In this document: positions 8,945-16,952 of the stretch, one piece after another
How positions within the stretch are numbered: the stretch's first letter is position 1
Layout of the letters: each line of letters starts with the position of its first letter
Assembly: GCA_949296355.1 (NCBI GenBank)
Contig: CASFPS010000002.1
Location: forward strand, 10,781-74,780
Direction of reading: 5' to 3'
Source: an uncultured bacterium
GTDB taxonomy: Bacteria; Cyanobacteriota; Vampirovibrionia; Gastranaerophilales; Gastranaerophilaceae
DNA length: 64,000 nucleotides
Position numbers and translations under genes: made by a program
The notes under the pieces: generated by a model
Database searches by the model: none
Told to the model about the DNA's origin: nothing
What the model saw: only the letters and a program-made list of their open reading frames with translations

Positions 8945-8950
8945 ATTTTT

Positions 8951-8978
8951 ATTATAACCTATTTTGCGGATTTTTCAA
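8951..8978 (-). promoter_or_regulatory. Sigma-70 promoter TTGAAA-N16-TATAAT for antisense RNA (copy 2)
   Basis: Identical to the copy 1 promoter. Confidence 0.55.
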
Positions 8979-9032
8979 TCTTTTGATAAACAACTTGAAG
9001 AATATTTGTATAGTTTATGATATAATATCACT

Positions 9033-9290
9033 ATGAACAGAAAAGAAGAAATTAAAAAATTAATTATTGAGTCGTTAGCGCTGGAAGAGATTACACCCGA
9101 GGATATTAAGGATGACGAGCCTTTGTTTAACGAGGGTTTAGGGCTTGATTCTATTGACGCGCTTGAACTCGGTATGGCTATCAAGCGTAAATACAACATT
9201 TCAATGGAAGAGGATAAAGATGTAAATAAAAAGCATTTTTATTCAGTGAATACTTTGAGCGAATTTGTGGAGTCGAAAATCAATGGCTGA
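9033..9290 (+). CDS. Acyl carrier protein (ApeE-like)
   Basis: 85 aa, phosphopantetheine site LGLDSIDALEL. Confidence 0.85.
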   Translation: MNRKEEIKKLIIESLALEEITPEDIKDDEPLFNEGLGLDSIDALELGMAIKRKYNISMEEDKDVNKKHFYSVNTLSEFVESKING

Positions 9291-9537
9291 GAAGTTCACA
9301 AAAGAGCAGATTCTTGATGAGTTGAAAAAAATTCTGACAGAAGAGCTGGAAATCGATGAAAATGATATTAAGCCTGAAGCAAATTTATTTCAGGATTTAG
9401 ACCTGGACAGCATTGATGCGGTTGATATTGCCGTACGTATGCAAAAATTTACGGACAAAAAGCTTTCTCCTGCAGAGTTTAAGAAGATTCAAACAATTAA
9501 TGACGTAGTGGAAGCTGTTTATGCACTCCTCGGGTAA
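9283..9537 (+). CDS. Acyl carrier protein (ApeF-like)
   Basis: ATG 9283 overlaps the upstream stop (ATGGCTGA). Encodes MAEKFTKEQILDELKKI...DLDLDSIDAVDIA. Confidence 0.85.
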   Translation: MAEKFTKEQILDELKKILTEELEIDENDIKPEANLFQDLDLDSIDAVDIAVRMQKFTDKKLSPAEFKKIQTINDVVEAVYALLG

Positions 9538-9943
9538 GTTCCGGAAAATAACAAAAGCTCTGGCGCCTTTTATCGGAATGTTTGCGGTAATCGGAATTTT
9601 CCATTTTACGGACTTTATTCTGCTTAAATATTATCCGCCTGTAATGAATTTTTGTCTTTTTATGATATTTTTTTCATCGCTTTTTCAGGAAAGAACGGTT
9701 ATACAAAAAATTGCGCTGGCATCTGATCCGGATTCCAATGAAGCGGTTATGAAATATACAAGAAATCTCACGTATATCTGGGCAGCGTTTACGTTTTTAA
9801 ACTTTCTCGTATCTGTCGGAACAGTCTTTATGTCAGAAAAAATTTGGGCTTTGTATAACGGATTTATTTCTTATCTTCTCGTCGGAATAATTTTTATTAT
9901 AGAATATATAGTAAGAATAAATTTTATGAGGAAGTATGGATAA
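9521..9943 (+). CDS. Small polytopic membrane protein of the lipid locus (ApeG position)
   Basis: Four hydrophobic helices. Overlaps both neighbouring genes, suggesting translational coupling. Confidence 0.55.
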   Translation: MHSSGKFRKITKALAPFIGMFAVIGIFHFTDFILLKYYPPVMNFCLFMIFFSSLFQERTVIQKIALASDPDSNEAVMKYTRNLTYIWAAFTFLNFLVSVGTVFMSEKIWALYNGFISYLLVGIIFIIEYIVRINFMRKYG

Positions 9944-11249
9944 TTTTAAGGAGCTTTTAGACAAATTTTTAACAACGGGAGAAATCTCTTTTCAGACCGG
10001 CGGAACAGTTTCCGACGGCAAGTTTGTAAAGGCTCATCTTGATAAAATGCGCATTGAAATGCAGGATATGAAAGACCAGCTTAAACTGGACGGCGGTTAC
10101 AACTATATTTCAACCACAACTCCAAAACACCGCTGGGGCTTTACGTTTCAAATTCTGTATCCGGCACTTACCGGCGGAAAGATTCTTGAAAAAAGAGTGA
10201 ATTATCCGGAAGATATTAATGTTGAAAACGCGGTTCTTGTAACTACACCTTCATTTCTGGAGGCAATGAGAAAATACGGAGATTTGCCGAAAGTTAAACC
10301 GAAAGTCATAATGTCAGCAGGGGCAAAATTGGAGGATAAGACTTTTGAGTTTGCAAAGAGTATTACAGACAGAGTAATAGAGATTTACGGAAGCTCCGAG
10401 AGCGGAAGTATTGCGTGGAGAGAGGATTACAGGGACAGAATGAAGCTTTTCAGAGGGATGAAAGTCCTTGAAATAGGGGAAGATTGTACAAAAATTTATT
10501 CTGAATACTCTTCCTGCAACCCTGTAATTCTTGAAGACAGAATTAAAGTTTATGATAACGGCGAGATTGAGTTTCTGGAACGCAGAGGAAGAGTTTTAAA
10601 AGTTCAGGAAAAGCGGATTATGTCATCTGATGTTGAAGAAGAGATTAACAAACTGGAATTCGTAAACGAATCATACTGCCTTGAATACGGCGGAAAGCTT
10701 GCTGCTTTATGCGTTTTAAACGACAAAGGCAAAGAATTTTTACAAAATAATGACAAACTAACGCTTGTTAAAAAGCTTAAATCCGAACTCAAAAATAAGT
10801 TTGAAATTATACCCCAGAGATGGAAATTCTTTGATGAAATACCAAGGAAACAGACCGGAAAGATTGACAGAGAGTTTATAAAAGAACTCTTTAGCCTTAA
10901 TCTTTCTCTTCCGCTTATTCTAAACCGCGAAGTTACTGAAGGGGTGACAAAATTTAAACTAACGTTTATTCCCAATAGCAATTTTTTCAAAGGTCATTTT
11001 GAAAATATGCCGATTTTGCCGGGAGTTGTGCAGCTATTTTTTGCAAACTGGTTTACCGGAAGAGCTTTCGGGCTTGATTGCGCACTCGGGCAAATCAGAA
11101 GGATTAAATTTTCGAATATCATTAAACCGCTTGATGTTGTAGAATTGGAGCTTAAAAAAACTGAGTCGGGCGTGAGTTTTAAGTATTATAATGAAGAGAA
11201 AACTTTTTCAACAGGAATTTTGCCGGTAAAGAGTTTTTTGCAGGAATAA
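9936..11249 (+). CDS. Fusion of an AMP-dependent ligase-like domain with a FabA/FabZ-like hotdog dehydratase domain
   Basis: N-terminal part has YGSSESGSIAW and QTGKIDRE, resembling the adenylate-forming core. C-terminal part has FKGHFENMPILPGVVQ, the dehydratase His motif. Confidence 0.65.
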   Translation: MDNFKELLDKFLTTGEISFQTGGTVSDGKFVKAHLDKMRIEMQDMKDQLKLDGGYNYISTTTPKHRWGFTFQILYPALTGGKILEKRVNYPEDINVENAVLVTTPSFLEAMRKYGDLPKVKPKVIMSAGAKLEDKTFEFAKSITDRVIEIYGSSESGSIAWREDYRDRMKLFRGMKVLEIGEDCTKIYSEYSSCNPVILEDRIKVYDNGEIEFLERRGRVLKVQEKRIMSSDVEEEINKLEFVNESYCLEYGGKLAALCVLNDKGKEFLQNNDKLTLVKKLKSELKNKFEIIPQRWKFFDEIPRKQTGKIDREFIKELFSLNLSLPLILNREVTEGVTKFKLTFIPNSNFFKGHFENMPILPGVVQLFFANWFTGRAFGLDCALGQIRRIKFSNIIKPLDVVELELKKTESGVSFKYYNEEKTFSTGILPVKSFLQE

Positions 11250-11252
11250 ATT

Positions 11253-11657
11253 ATGAAAAAAATAGTAACAGAATTAAAAATAAAAGTACCGTTTTACGAT
11301 TTAGACCCGATGAATATTGTCTGGCATGGGAATTATGTAAAATATTTAGAGCAGGCACGGTGTGATTTTTTTGACAAACTCGGATACAACTATATGCAAA
11401 TGCATGCGGACGGGGTAATGTATCCGATTGCGAAGATGGATTTTAAGTTCATCAAGTCTGCAAAATTTAACGATAACCTGATTATCCGCTGTATCCTAAA
11501 GGAACTTGAGCCGGCAATTATTATAAAATATGAAATCATGACGGAATCCGGAGAAAAGATTCTGTCGGCTCATACAATGCAAATAGCCGTTTCGACAAAA
11601 ACGGGCGAAACATTGTACGAAGCGCCGGAAGTTTTGAAGAAGGCGGTTTTGGGGTAA
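11253..11657 (+). CDS. 4HBT/YbgC-type acyl thioesterase
   Basis: VPFYDLDPMNIVWHGNYVKYLEQARCDFFDKLG, 134 aa hotdog fold. Confidence 0.8.
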   Translation: MKKIVTELKIKVPFYDLDPMNIVWHGNYVKYLEQARCDFFDKLGYNYMQMHADGVMYPIAKMDFKFIKSAKFNDNLIIRCILKELEPAIIIKYEIMTESGEKILSAHTMQIAVSTKTGETLYEAPEVLKKAVLG

Positions 11658-11779
11658 ATATTAAAGAGTGACGGGTGAAAAGGCTGGCTGTAACCCGAAG
11701 CTTACCCCCTCCCTAACCCTCCCCGTTGGAGAGGGAACGCGCGCTGATGTTCAATTGGAGTAAGGTATACTTTTTTAAT

Positions 11780-11895
11780 GTTAAAGAGATTCTTCACCCC
11801 TGAATTGTTTCGGGTTCAGAATGACGGCAAATTTGTAGGTTTACTTTCCAAAGTGCCGTCATTCAGAGGGCGTCAGCCCGATGAATCCCTTTAAC
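11780..11895. repeat. MITE-like palindromic element, copy a (116 bp)
   Basis: Terminal inverted repeats GTTAAAGAGATTCTTC...GATGAATCCCTTTAAC. Inner hairpin TCAGAATGACGGCA...TGCCGTCATTCAGA. Confidence 0.85.
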
Positions 11896-11926
11896 TTTGG
11901 AAAAATCTTCTATTCACAATTCACCA

Positions 11927-12096
11927 GTTAAAGAGATTCTTCATCCCTGAATTGCTGTTGGGTTCAGAATGACGGCATACTTGGTGTTTGACCTGCCAGC
12001 CCGATATATTTACGCCTGAAAATGACGGCAAGCTTGTAGGTTTACTTTCCAAAGTGCCGTCATTCAGAGGGCGTAAGCCCGATGAATCCCTTTAAC
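11927..12096. repeat. MITE-like element, copy b (longer, nested)
   Basis: Same termini as copy a, with an extra internal half-element. Confidence 0.8.
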
Positions 12097-12118
12097 TTTT
12101 TTATAATAAAATTATTAT

Positions 12119-12406
12119 ATGAAAGTTGGTTATGTTTATATAATGACAAATAAAATTAACACGGTATTATATACGGGCGTTACATCTAATTTAAGTAAAA
12201 GAATTTATGAACATAAAAATAAGTTTGTTGGTGGTTTTACTAAACAATATAACCTGATAAAGCTTGTATATTATGAAATAGCTCCTTCTATAGAATCCGC
12301 AATCGAACGGGAAAAGCAGATAAAGGGAAAGAGCAGAGCGTATAAAGAAAACCTTATTAATACATTTAATCCTGAATGGCGGGATTTATATGAAGATATC
12401 TTGTGA
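12119..12406 (+). CDS. GIY-YIG nuclease family protein (small, stand-alone)
   Basis: YVYIMTNKINTVLYTGVTSNLSKRIYEHK...REKQIKG, 95 aa. Confidence 0.85.
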   Translation: MKVGYVYIMTNKINTVLYTGVTSNLSKRIYEHKNKFVGGFTKQYNLIKLVYYEIAPSIESAIEREKQIKGKSRAYKENLINTFNPEWRDLYEDIL

Positions 12407-12409
12407 AAA

Positions 12410-12526
12410 GTTAAAGAGATTCTTCACCCCTGAATTGTTGTCGGGTTCAGAATGACGGCAAATTTGTAGGTTTACTTTCCAAAGTGCCGTCATTCAGAGG
12501 GCGTAAGCCCGAAGAATCTCTGTAAC
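12410..12526. repeat. MITE-like element, copy c
   Basis: Near-identical to copy a. Termini GTTAAAGAGATTCTTC...GAAGAATCTCTGTAAC form a better inverted repeat. Confidence 0.85.
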
Positions 12527-12557
12527 TTTTGTAAAATTTTCTATTCACAATTCACCT

Positions 12558-12727
12558 GTTAAGGAGATTCTTCGCCCCTGAATTGTTGTCGGGTTCTGAA
12601 TGACGGTAAGCTTGTCGTTTGACCTACTAACCCAAACATTTACCCCCTCCCTAACCCTCCCCGTTGGAGAGGGGACGCGCTTGTGTCGCCCAATTAGTGC
12701 TGCGGTAAATCTTCGATTTACCGCATT
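12558..12727. repeat. MITE-like element copy d fused to CCCTAACCCTCCCCGTTGGAGAGGG and GCGGTAAATC hairpin modules
   Basis: Shares its 5' half with copies a-c. CCCTCCCTAACCCTCCCCGTTGGAGAGGG also occurs at 11708-11744. Confidence 0.75.
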
Positions 12728-12732
12728 CAACT

Positions 12733-12770
12733 AAACCAAAAGTCCGCAGGGTTTATAAACCCTGCGGACT
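12733..12770 (-). terminator. Rho-independent terminator of the 1111-aa gene
   Basis: AGTCCGCAGGGTTT-ataa-ACCCTGCGGACT followed, in the minus sense, by TTTTGGTTT. Confidence 0.8.
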
Positions 12771-12791
12771 CAAAACCTTTGAGCCAATTAT

Positions 12792-15700
12792 TTACACGCC
12801 TGACTTTTTCAAAACTTCGTTAAGCAGCGCTGCGATTAATCCGTCGAGCTGTTTTGCCGTATCCGAATCATATTTTTCACCGGCTTCATCATTCTGTTTG
12901 AAGTTAAATTTTTCATCCGGCTTAAAGAAATCTGCCAAAGCCTTATATGCTTCTGTATCTTGCAAACCTAATGCTGCAGCTTTTCTCATCAAAGCTTTCG
13001 GGATACGGTTACAGAGCGCCTGTCCCGGTTTTACGCCGGATGACCAGCCGTATTCGTTGGCAATATATTCCATAATGCCTTCATCCGGTGACATCTGGTT
13101 AAATCCGACAAGGATACCGGTTATATTATCAGGAGTAACATAGTTTTCGTAGCCTTCATCTTTTTTGCCTCTGAGCATTTTGGCAATATCACCGGAACCT
13201 GCGCCGTCCAACTCGTTAAACATCGCTATACCGTTAAGATATCCTGTTTTTGAGAGCTTTTTAAGCGACACTGTATCATCTGCTGTTTCAAATTCACCAT
13301 CTGCTCCTTTATAATACCAATTCGTCGCATATAAATTATCGCCGATTAAATACAAATCGTTTCTGACTTTTGTAATCCAGTGTTTCTGGTAAGCCGTTTC
13401 AAAATATTTTGCTCTGTCTTTGTATAATACTCTGTTATCAAATGTACCTTCAAACACTGCGGCTTTGGTTTTGTCATCCCATTTTGCCTGCACGGCATCA
13501 ATTCCGGTAAGTACATCGAACGGAATAACAGATTTATCAAGCTTCATAACATTTTGGATAAATTCATTATCGGAAGTGTTCTCTTTTACAAGCTCACCGA
13601 TTCTTGCTTTTACAGAGTCAGGGTTTTTATCTTTATATCCGGCAATTCTCTCTAAGTCATCTTTCCCGAATACTTTTATAGCTGCTTCAAAGTACTTTTT
13701 AGCGTCGCCTTTTTGGCAATTTCCAGGCAGAACATATTCTATAAAGTGCCTAATATCAGTACCTTCCGGCAGTTTGGTTTTATCAAATGTTACATTGCCT
13801 TTGCCGTCATCTTTCATGCAGAGCTTAGCGAGTACAATTCTGTTAGCATCGGAAATAGTACTACCACTATCAACTTCTTTGAACAGCCGCTTTTTGATAT
13901 CCTCATCATCAGGGAAATTTTCAAGGATTTTATCAAACGGAAGGTTGTAATTTTTCGATACAGAACACTTGTTGTCAATAAAATCAATAACTTCTTCTTT
14001 TGTTTGCATTCCATCTACAAATTCAGCATATCGTTCTCTTATATCATAATTGTTTACTCTATTCTCTATAGCTTCTGAATACTGACCTTTACCCATATCT
14101 TCCAATTTAAGATATTTAAGAAGAGCTAGATCCATGTTAGATGTTGTGTATTGCGACAACCCATCCATCTCTTCATACGTAGGGCGTCTTGACGGATTAA
14201 AGGCGTATGTTTTATTACCCTGCTCATCTGTTGTGACTTCAAAATATGTTTCAAGGATTTCAACTTTAGCCTTATCCTTATCTTCGTAAGACATATCTGT
14301 CTTATCTACCCACTCAAGGTTATTTAAAAATACAGCATTTTCAAGATTGCCTTTGTCTGTTGTATAGATTTCTTTCATTCTTGAGACAACTGCGTCAACA
14401 ACTGCTTTTGAGTATTCTATATCATCATCCGGGCGTGGCAGTTTATTTAAGACTACCATGCCGTTAGCATTAATGAGTGATATAACATCTTCATCCGCAG
14501 CACACAGGGTTTTGGCATTTTCTGCAAGACATTTTGCGAGTTCAGTATCAGTTGTATTAGCGTATTCTTTGAACAAAGCAGCCTTCTTTTCGTCGGTATC
14601 AGCTGCTTGGAGTTTTGTCAAAAATTCATCCAGCAAGGCAGGATCTTTAGCATAATACCAGTTTCCATCAATGTCAACTTGATACATTGGAGTTCCGTCC
14701 AGATTATCATATGACATGTATTTTTCGTAGATACCGTTTTCTTCATCTGCTTCTATTTCATAGCCGCCTTTGCGTTTGTAATCCGCAACAACCTCTTTCA
14801 GGGCAATTTCTTCAGGTGAAAGCATTTCTCCCGCTTTTTCTTTACTTCTTATCTCCTGATACATGCCGGCAACTATCTCATGTGCGGTTTTGTCATTTGT
14901 CAAAACCCTTGAATTTTGATTATCTTCTGCGTCATACAATAGCGCTCTTAGCGCATCAGCGTTTTTGGTAAGCAAAATATCCTGAACAAAAGCTTTATAA
15001 GCGTCTGATTTTCTGTCTACATAATTATCGTCTCGTAGTTTTTCCGCAACATTTTTGATTACCTGAATATTGCCGCCTGAAATTGTTACGAGTTCCTTGA
15101 GGACTGCAAGGTTTTCAGCCTTTCTTGCAGCTGCCGCCTCTTCAGTCTCATCAGCAGGTGCTTCTTTGACTTTATTTATAGTTTCAAGAAATTTAGTTTT
15201 CAACTCCCTTAAAGCTTCCGGAGTCTCGGCAGTTAGTTTTACACCGCTTGATAGTTTTCCTGCATCTTCCTTCCAAACAGTCTGATACATAACCTTATCG
15301 CCGGAAGTGTATTTCATTATACTACCGCCATCTTTATATTTTTGCAGATTATCACCATTCAAGTCCGGAAGAACATTGCCGTCTTTGTCAATATATTGAC
15401 CTGCGCCCATATTCAAACCGTTAGGAGTAACGGTGATTGTAGATTCTTTGCCTTCGAGTACAGGAGGAACTTCTTCTCCGCCTTCCGGCTTAACACCGCC
15501 AGATGGGTTGTTTCCGCCCTCGCCGCCAACAGGATTACTCCCGCCGCCTCCGTGATTTACCGGAGCCGTGCCGCCAAAAGCCGCTGCAGAGTTATTTCCA
15601 GCCTCCTTTACCTTCTGAACACCTTCTTCTGTAAGTTTATAAATTATCTTTGTTCCTACTCTGATATTGTTAACATCATTAATACCATTCAAATTTGCTA

Positions 15701-16127
15701 ACTGCGCAATTCTGTCATTGATTGATTTAAAATCAGTCGGCAGACCTTCTTGCTCCAAAGTTTCTTTTGCAATATCATACAAGGTGTCGCCGTATTTGAT
15801 TTCCCAAACATCAGCCTCACCTGACATATAATAACCTTTCAAAGTTGCCTCATCATACCTTCTCCTCATATTCTGCATTGCATCATTAAAAGCCTTCTTC
15901 GGAGTCTTTCCGTCCGGCGCAAGTTCTACCGTATAATTATTCTCGGCAAGCTTTGTCTTAAGTCCGGCAAGCTCATTTTCATCCAATACACCATTGGTAT
16001 TGCTGTCCAAACCTTCAAAAATATTGTCAACATTACCGCCCAGACGGGTTTTAATATCCTCAATCTTTTCTCCGGCTTTAATAGTAACAACGGTTCCGTC
16101 GCCTAACGTAACATTCAGTCCTGCCAT
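12792..16127 (-). CDS. 1111-aa protein: N-terminal EF-hand loop plus LysM domain, Gly-rich linker, ~850 aa of unknown fold
   Basis: DSNTNGVLDENE (aa 41-52) fits the 12-residue EF-hand loop. LysM: YGDTLYDIAKE...IRVGTKIIYKL. No signal peptide or TM helix. AAAGGAG SD. Confidence 0.85.
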   Translation of the reverse strand: MAGLNVTLGDGTVVTIKAGEKIEDIKTRLGGNVDNIFEGLDSNTNGVLDENELAGLKTKLAENNYTVELAPDGKTPKKAFNDAMQNMRRRYDEATLKGYYMSGEADVWEIKYGDTLYDIAKETLEQEGLPTDFKSINDRIAQLANLNGINDVNNIRVGTKIIYKLTEEGVQKVKEAGNNSAAAFGGTAPVNHGGGGSNPVGGEGGNNPSGGVKPEGGEEVPPVLEGKESTITVTPNGLNMGAGQYIDKDGNVLPDLNGDNLQKYKDGGSIMKYTSGDKVMYQTVWKEDAGKLSSGVKLTAETPEALRELKTKFLETINKVKEAPADETEEAAAARKAENLAVLKELVTISGGNIQVIKNVAEKLRDDNYVDRKSDAYKAFVQDILLTKNADALRALLYDAEDNQNSRVLTNDKTAHEIVAGMYQEIRSKEKAGEMLSPEEIALKEVVADYKRKGGYEIEADEENGIYEKYMSYDNLDGTPMYQVDIDGNWYYAKDPALLDEFLTKLQAADTDEKKAALFKEYANTTDTELAKCLAENAKTLCAADEDVISLINANGMVVLNKLPRPDDDIEYSKAVVDAVVSRMKEIYTTDKGNLENAVFLNNLEWVDKTDMSYEDKDKAKVEILETYFEVTTDEQGNKTYAFNPSRRPTYEEMDGLSQYTTSNMDLALLKYLKLEDMGKGQYSEAIENRVNNYDIRERYAEFVDGMQTKEEVIDFIDNKCSVSKNYNLPFDKILENFPDDEDIKKRLFKEVDSGSTISDANRIVLAKLCMKDDGKGNVTFDKTKLPEGTDIRHFIEYVLPGNCQKGDAKKYFEAAIKVFGKDDLERIAGYKDKNPDSVKARIGELVKENTSDNEFIQNVMKLDKSVIPFDVLTGIDAVQAKWDDKTKAAVFEGTFDNRVLYKDRAKYFETAYQKHWITKVRNDLYLIGDNLYATNWYYKGADGEFETADDTVSLKKLSKTGYLNGIAMFNELDGAGSGDIAKMLRGKKDEGYENYVTPDNITGILVGFNQMSPDEGIMEYIANEYGWSSGVKPGQALCNRIPKALMRKAAALGLQDTEAYKALADFFKPDEKFNFKQNDEAGEKYDSDTAKQLDGLIAALLNEVLKKSGV

Positions 16128-16168
16128 ACAAAAACTCCTTTATCAAATTCTTACATCTTATATCTGGT

Positions 16169-16195
16169 ATATCGGCAGATTTTTCAAAAACTTTA
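16169..16195 (-). promoter_or_regulatory. Sigma-28 (FliA/SigD)-type promoter TAAAGTTT-N11-GCCGATAT
   Basis: Minus-strand read of 16195-16169 gives TAAAGTTTttgaaaaatctGCCGATAT, matching 15 of 16 positions of the E. coli FliA consensus TAAAGTTT-N11-GCCGATAA. The -10 lies 42 nt upstream of the ATG. Confidence 0.75.
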
Positions 16196-16247
16196 ATTAT
16201 TTTGAGAGAAATTTTACAAATCGTTACATATTTATCTGCAGACAGTT

Positions 16248-16276
16248 TTGCATAACCGGCTATTAAGTGCTAAAAT
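16248..16276 (+). promoter_or_regulatory. Sigma-70 promoter TTGCAT-N17-TAAAAT
   Basis: Divergent from the sigma-28 promoter. About 22 nt before ATG 16299. Confidence 0.5.
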
Positions 16277-16298
16277 ACTGATAAGTTGAGGGCTTTTT

Positions 16299-16928
16299 AT
16301 GAAAAGATTTTTCTTAATATTTATATGCTTGTTTCTTACACTTCCGGTTTTTGCAGATACAATGCCTTTTTATGTGGACAGCATTCCTAAAAGCGTTATC
16401 GGAATGTACCAGACCGGAGAAAATATTACAATTTTCTCCCATCCGGAAGCTAATTCTAAGGTGGTTAAAAAAATCGATTTCTCATATAACCCGGAAACCA
16501 TGCCGGATAACGTGTTTGCAGTTTTAATCAACGAAAAAAAACTCGGCTTTCTCTATGTTTCAGATATCGGTGACGACGGCTGGGTAGAAGTGATTTACGA
16601 CAGAGCGACAGGCGCAAAAGGCTGGGTCCTGACAGAAGACAGGCTCCAATTCCTTCCGTGGCTCAATTTTTATAACATGTACGGGCGGAAATACGGGCTT
16701 AGATTTATGAAAGACTCTCCGGACGAACTCGAGATTCTGAAAGCTAAAAGCGAAGATTTATCCCAAACCGTATCAACTTTGAGATATGTTAAACAAATCC
16801 GTGTGACTGCAATCCGCGGCAACTGGGCGCTTGTCTCCGTAGTTGATTTAGATAAAACCCCGAAAATGGGCTACCTGAGATGGCGCGGTGACGACGGAAC
16901 CATTTATGCGTTCCCGAATATAAAATAA
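16299..16928 (+). CDS. Secreted protein with SH3b-like repeats, unknown function
   Basis: Signal peptide MKRFFLIFICLFLTLPVFA. GWVEV...GAKGWVLTED and GNWALVSV...GYLRW segments resemble bacterial SH3. Confidence 0.5.
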   Translation: MKRFFLIFICLFLTLPVFADTMPFYVDSIPKSVIGMYQTGENITIFSHPEANSKVVKKIDFSYNPETMPDNVFAVLINEKKLGFLYVSDIGDDGWVEVIYDRATGAKGWVLTEDRLQFLPWLNFYNMYGRKYGLRFMKDSPDELEILKAKSEDLSQTVSTLRYVKQIRVTAIRGNWALVSVVDLDKTPKMGYLRWRGDDGTIYAFPNIK

Positions 16929-16952
16929 GGGCTGCAAAATAAAGCAAACTTT

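Larger units (their letters stand above)
8701..8978. repeat. Type I TA-like module, copy 2
   Basis: Paralog of 8370..8648, same architecture. Confidence 0.9.

Noticed and set aside
9936-11249. Ligase-dehydratase ORF as a frameshift-fused pseudogene
   Set aside because: The frame is continuous, both halves retain their key motifs, and the start and stop overlap or abut the neighbouring genes as in an intact operon.
12545-12730. 61-aa ORF (MNAVNRRFTAALIGRHKRVPSPTGRVREGV...)
   Set aside because: It is encoded entirely by MITE-like and CCCTAACCC repeat modules. This is the typical repeat-in-frame artefact.
13420-15701. Several 65-176-aa plus-strand ORFs inside the 1111-aa gene
   Set aside because: They are antisense to a long uninterrupted ORF that has recognisable domains, an SD and a terminator. 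Their products are low-complexity and Ser/Leu-rich, typical of antisense frames.
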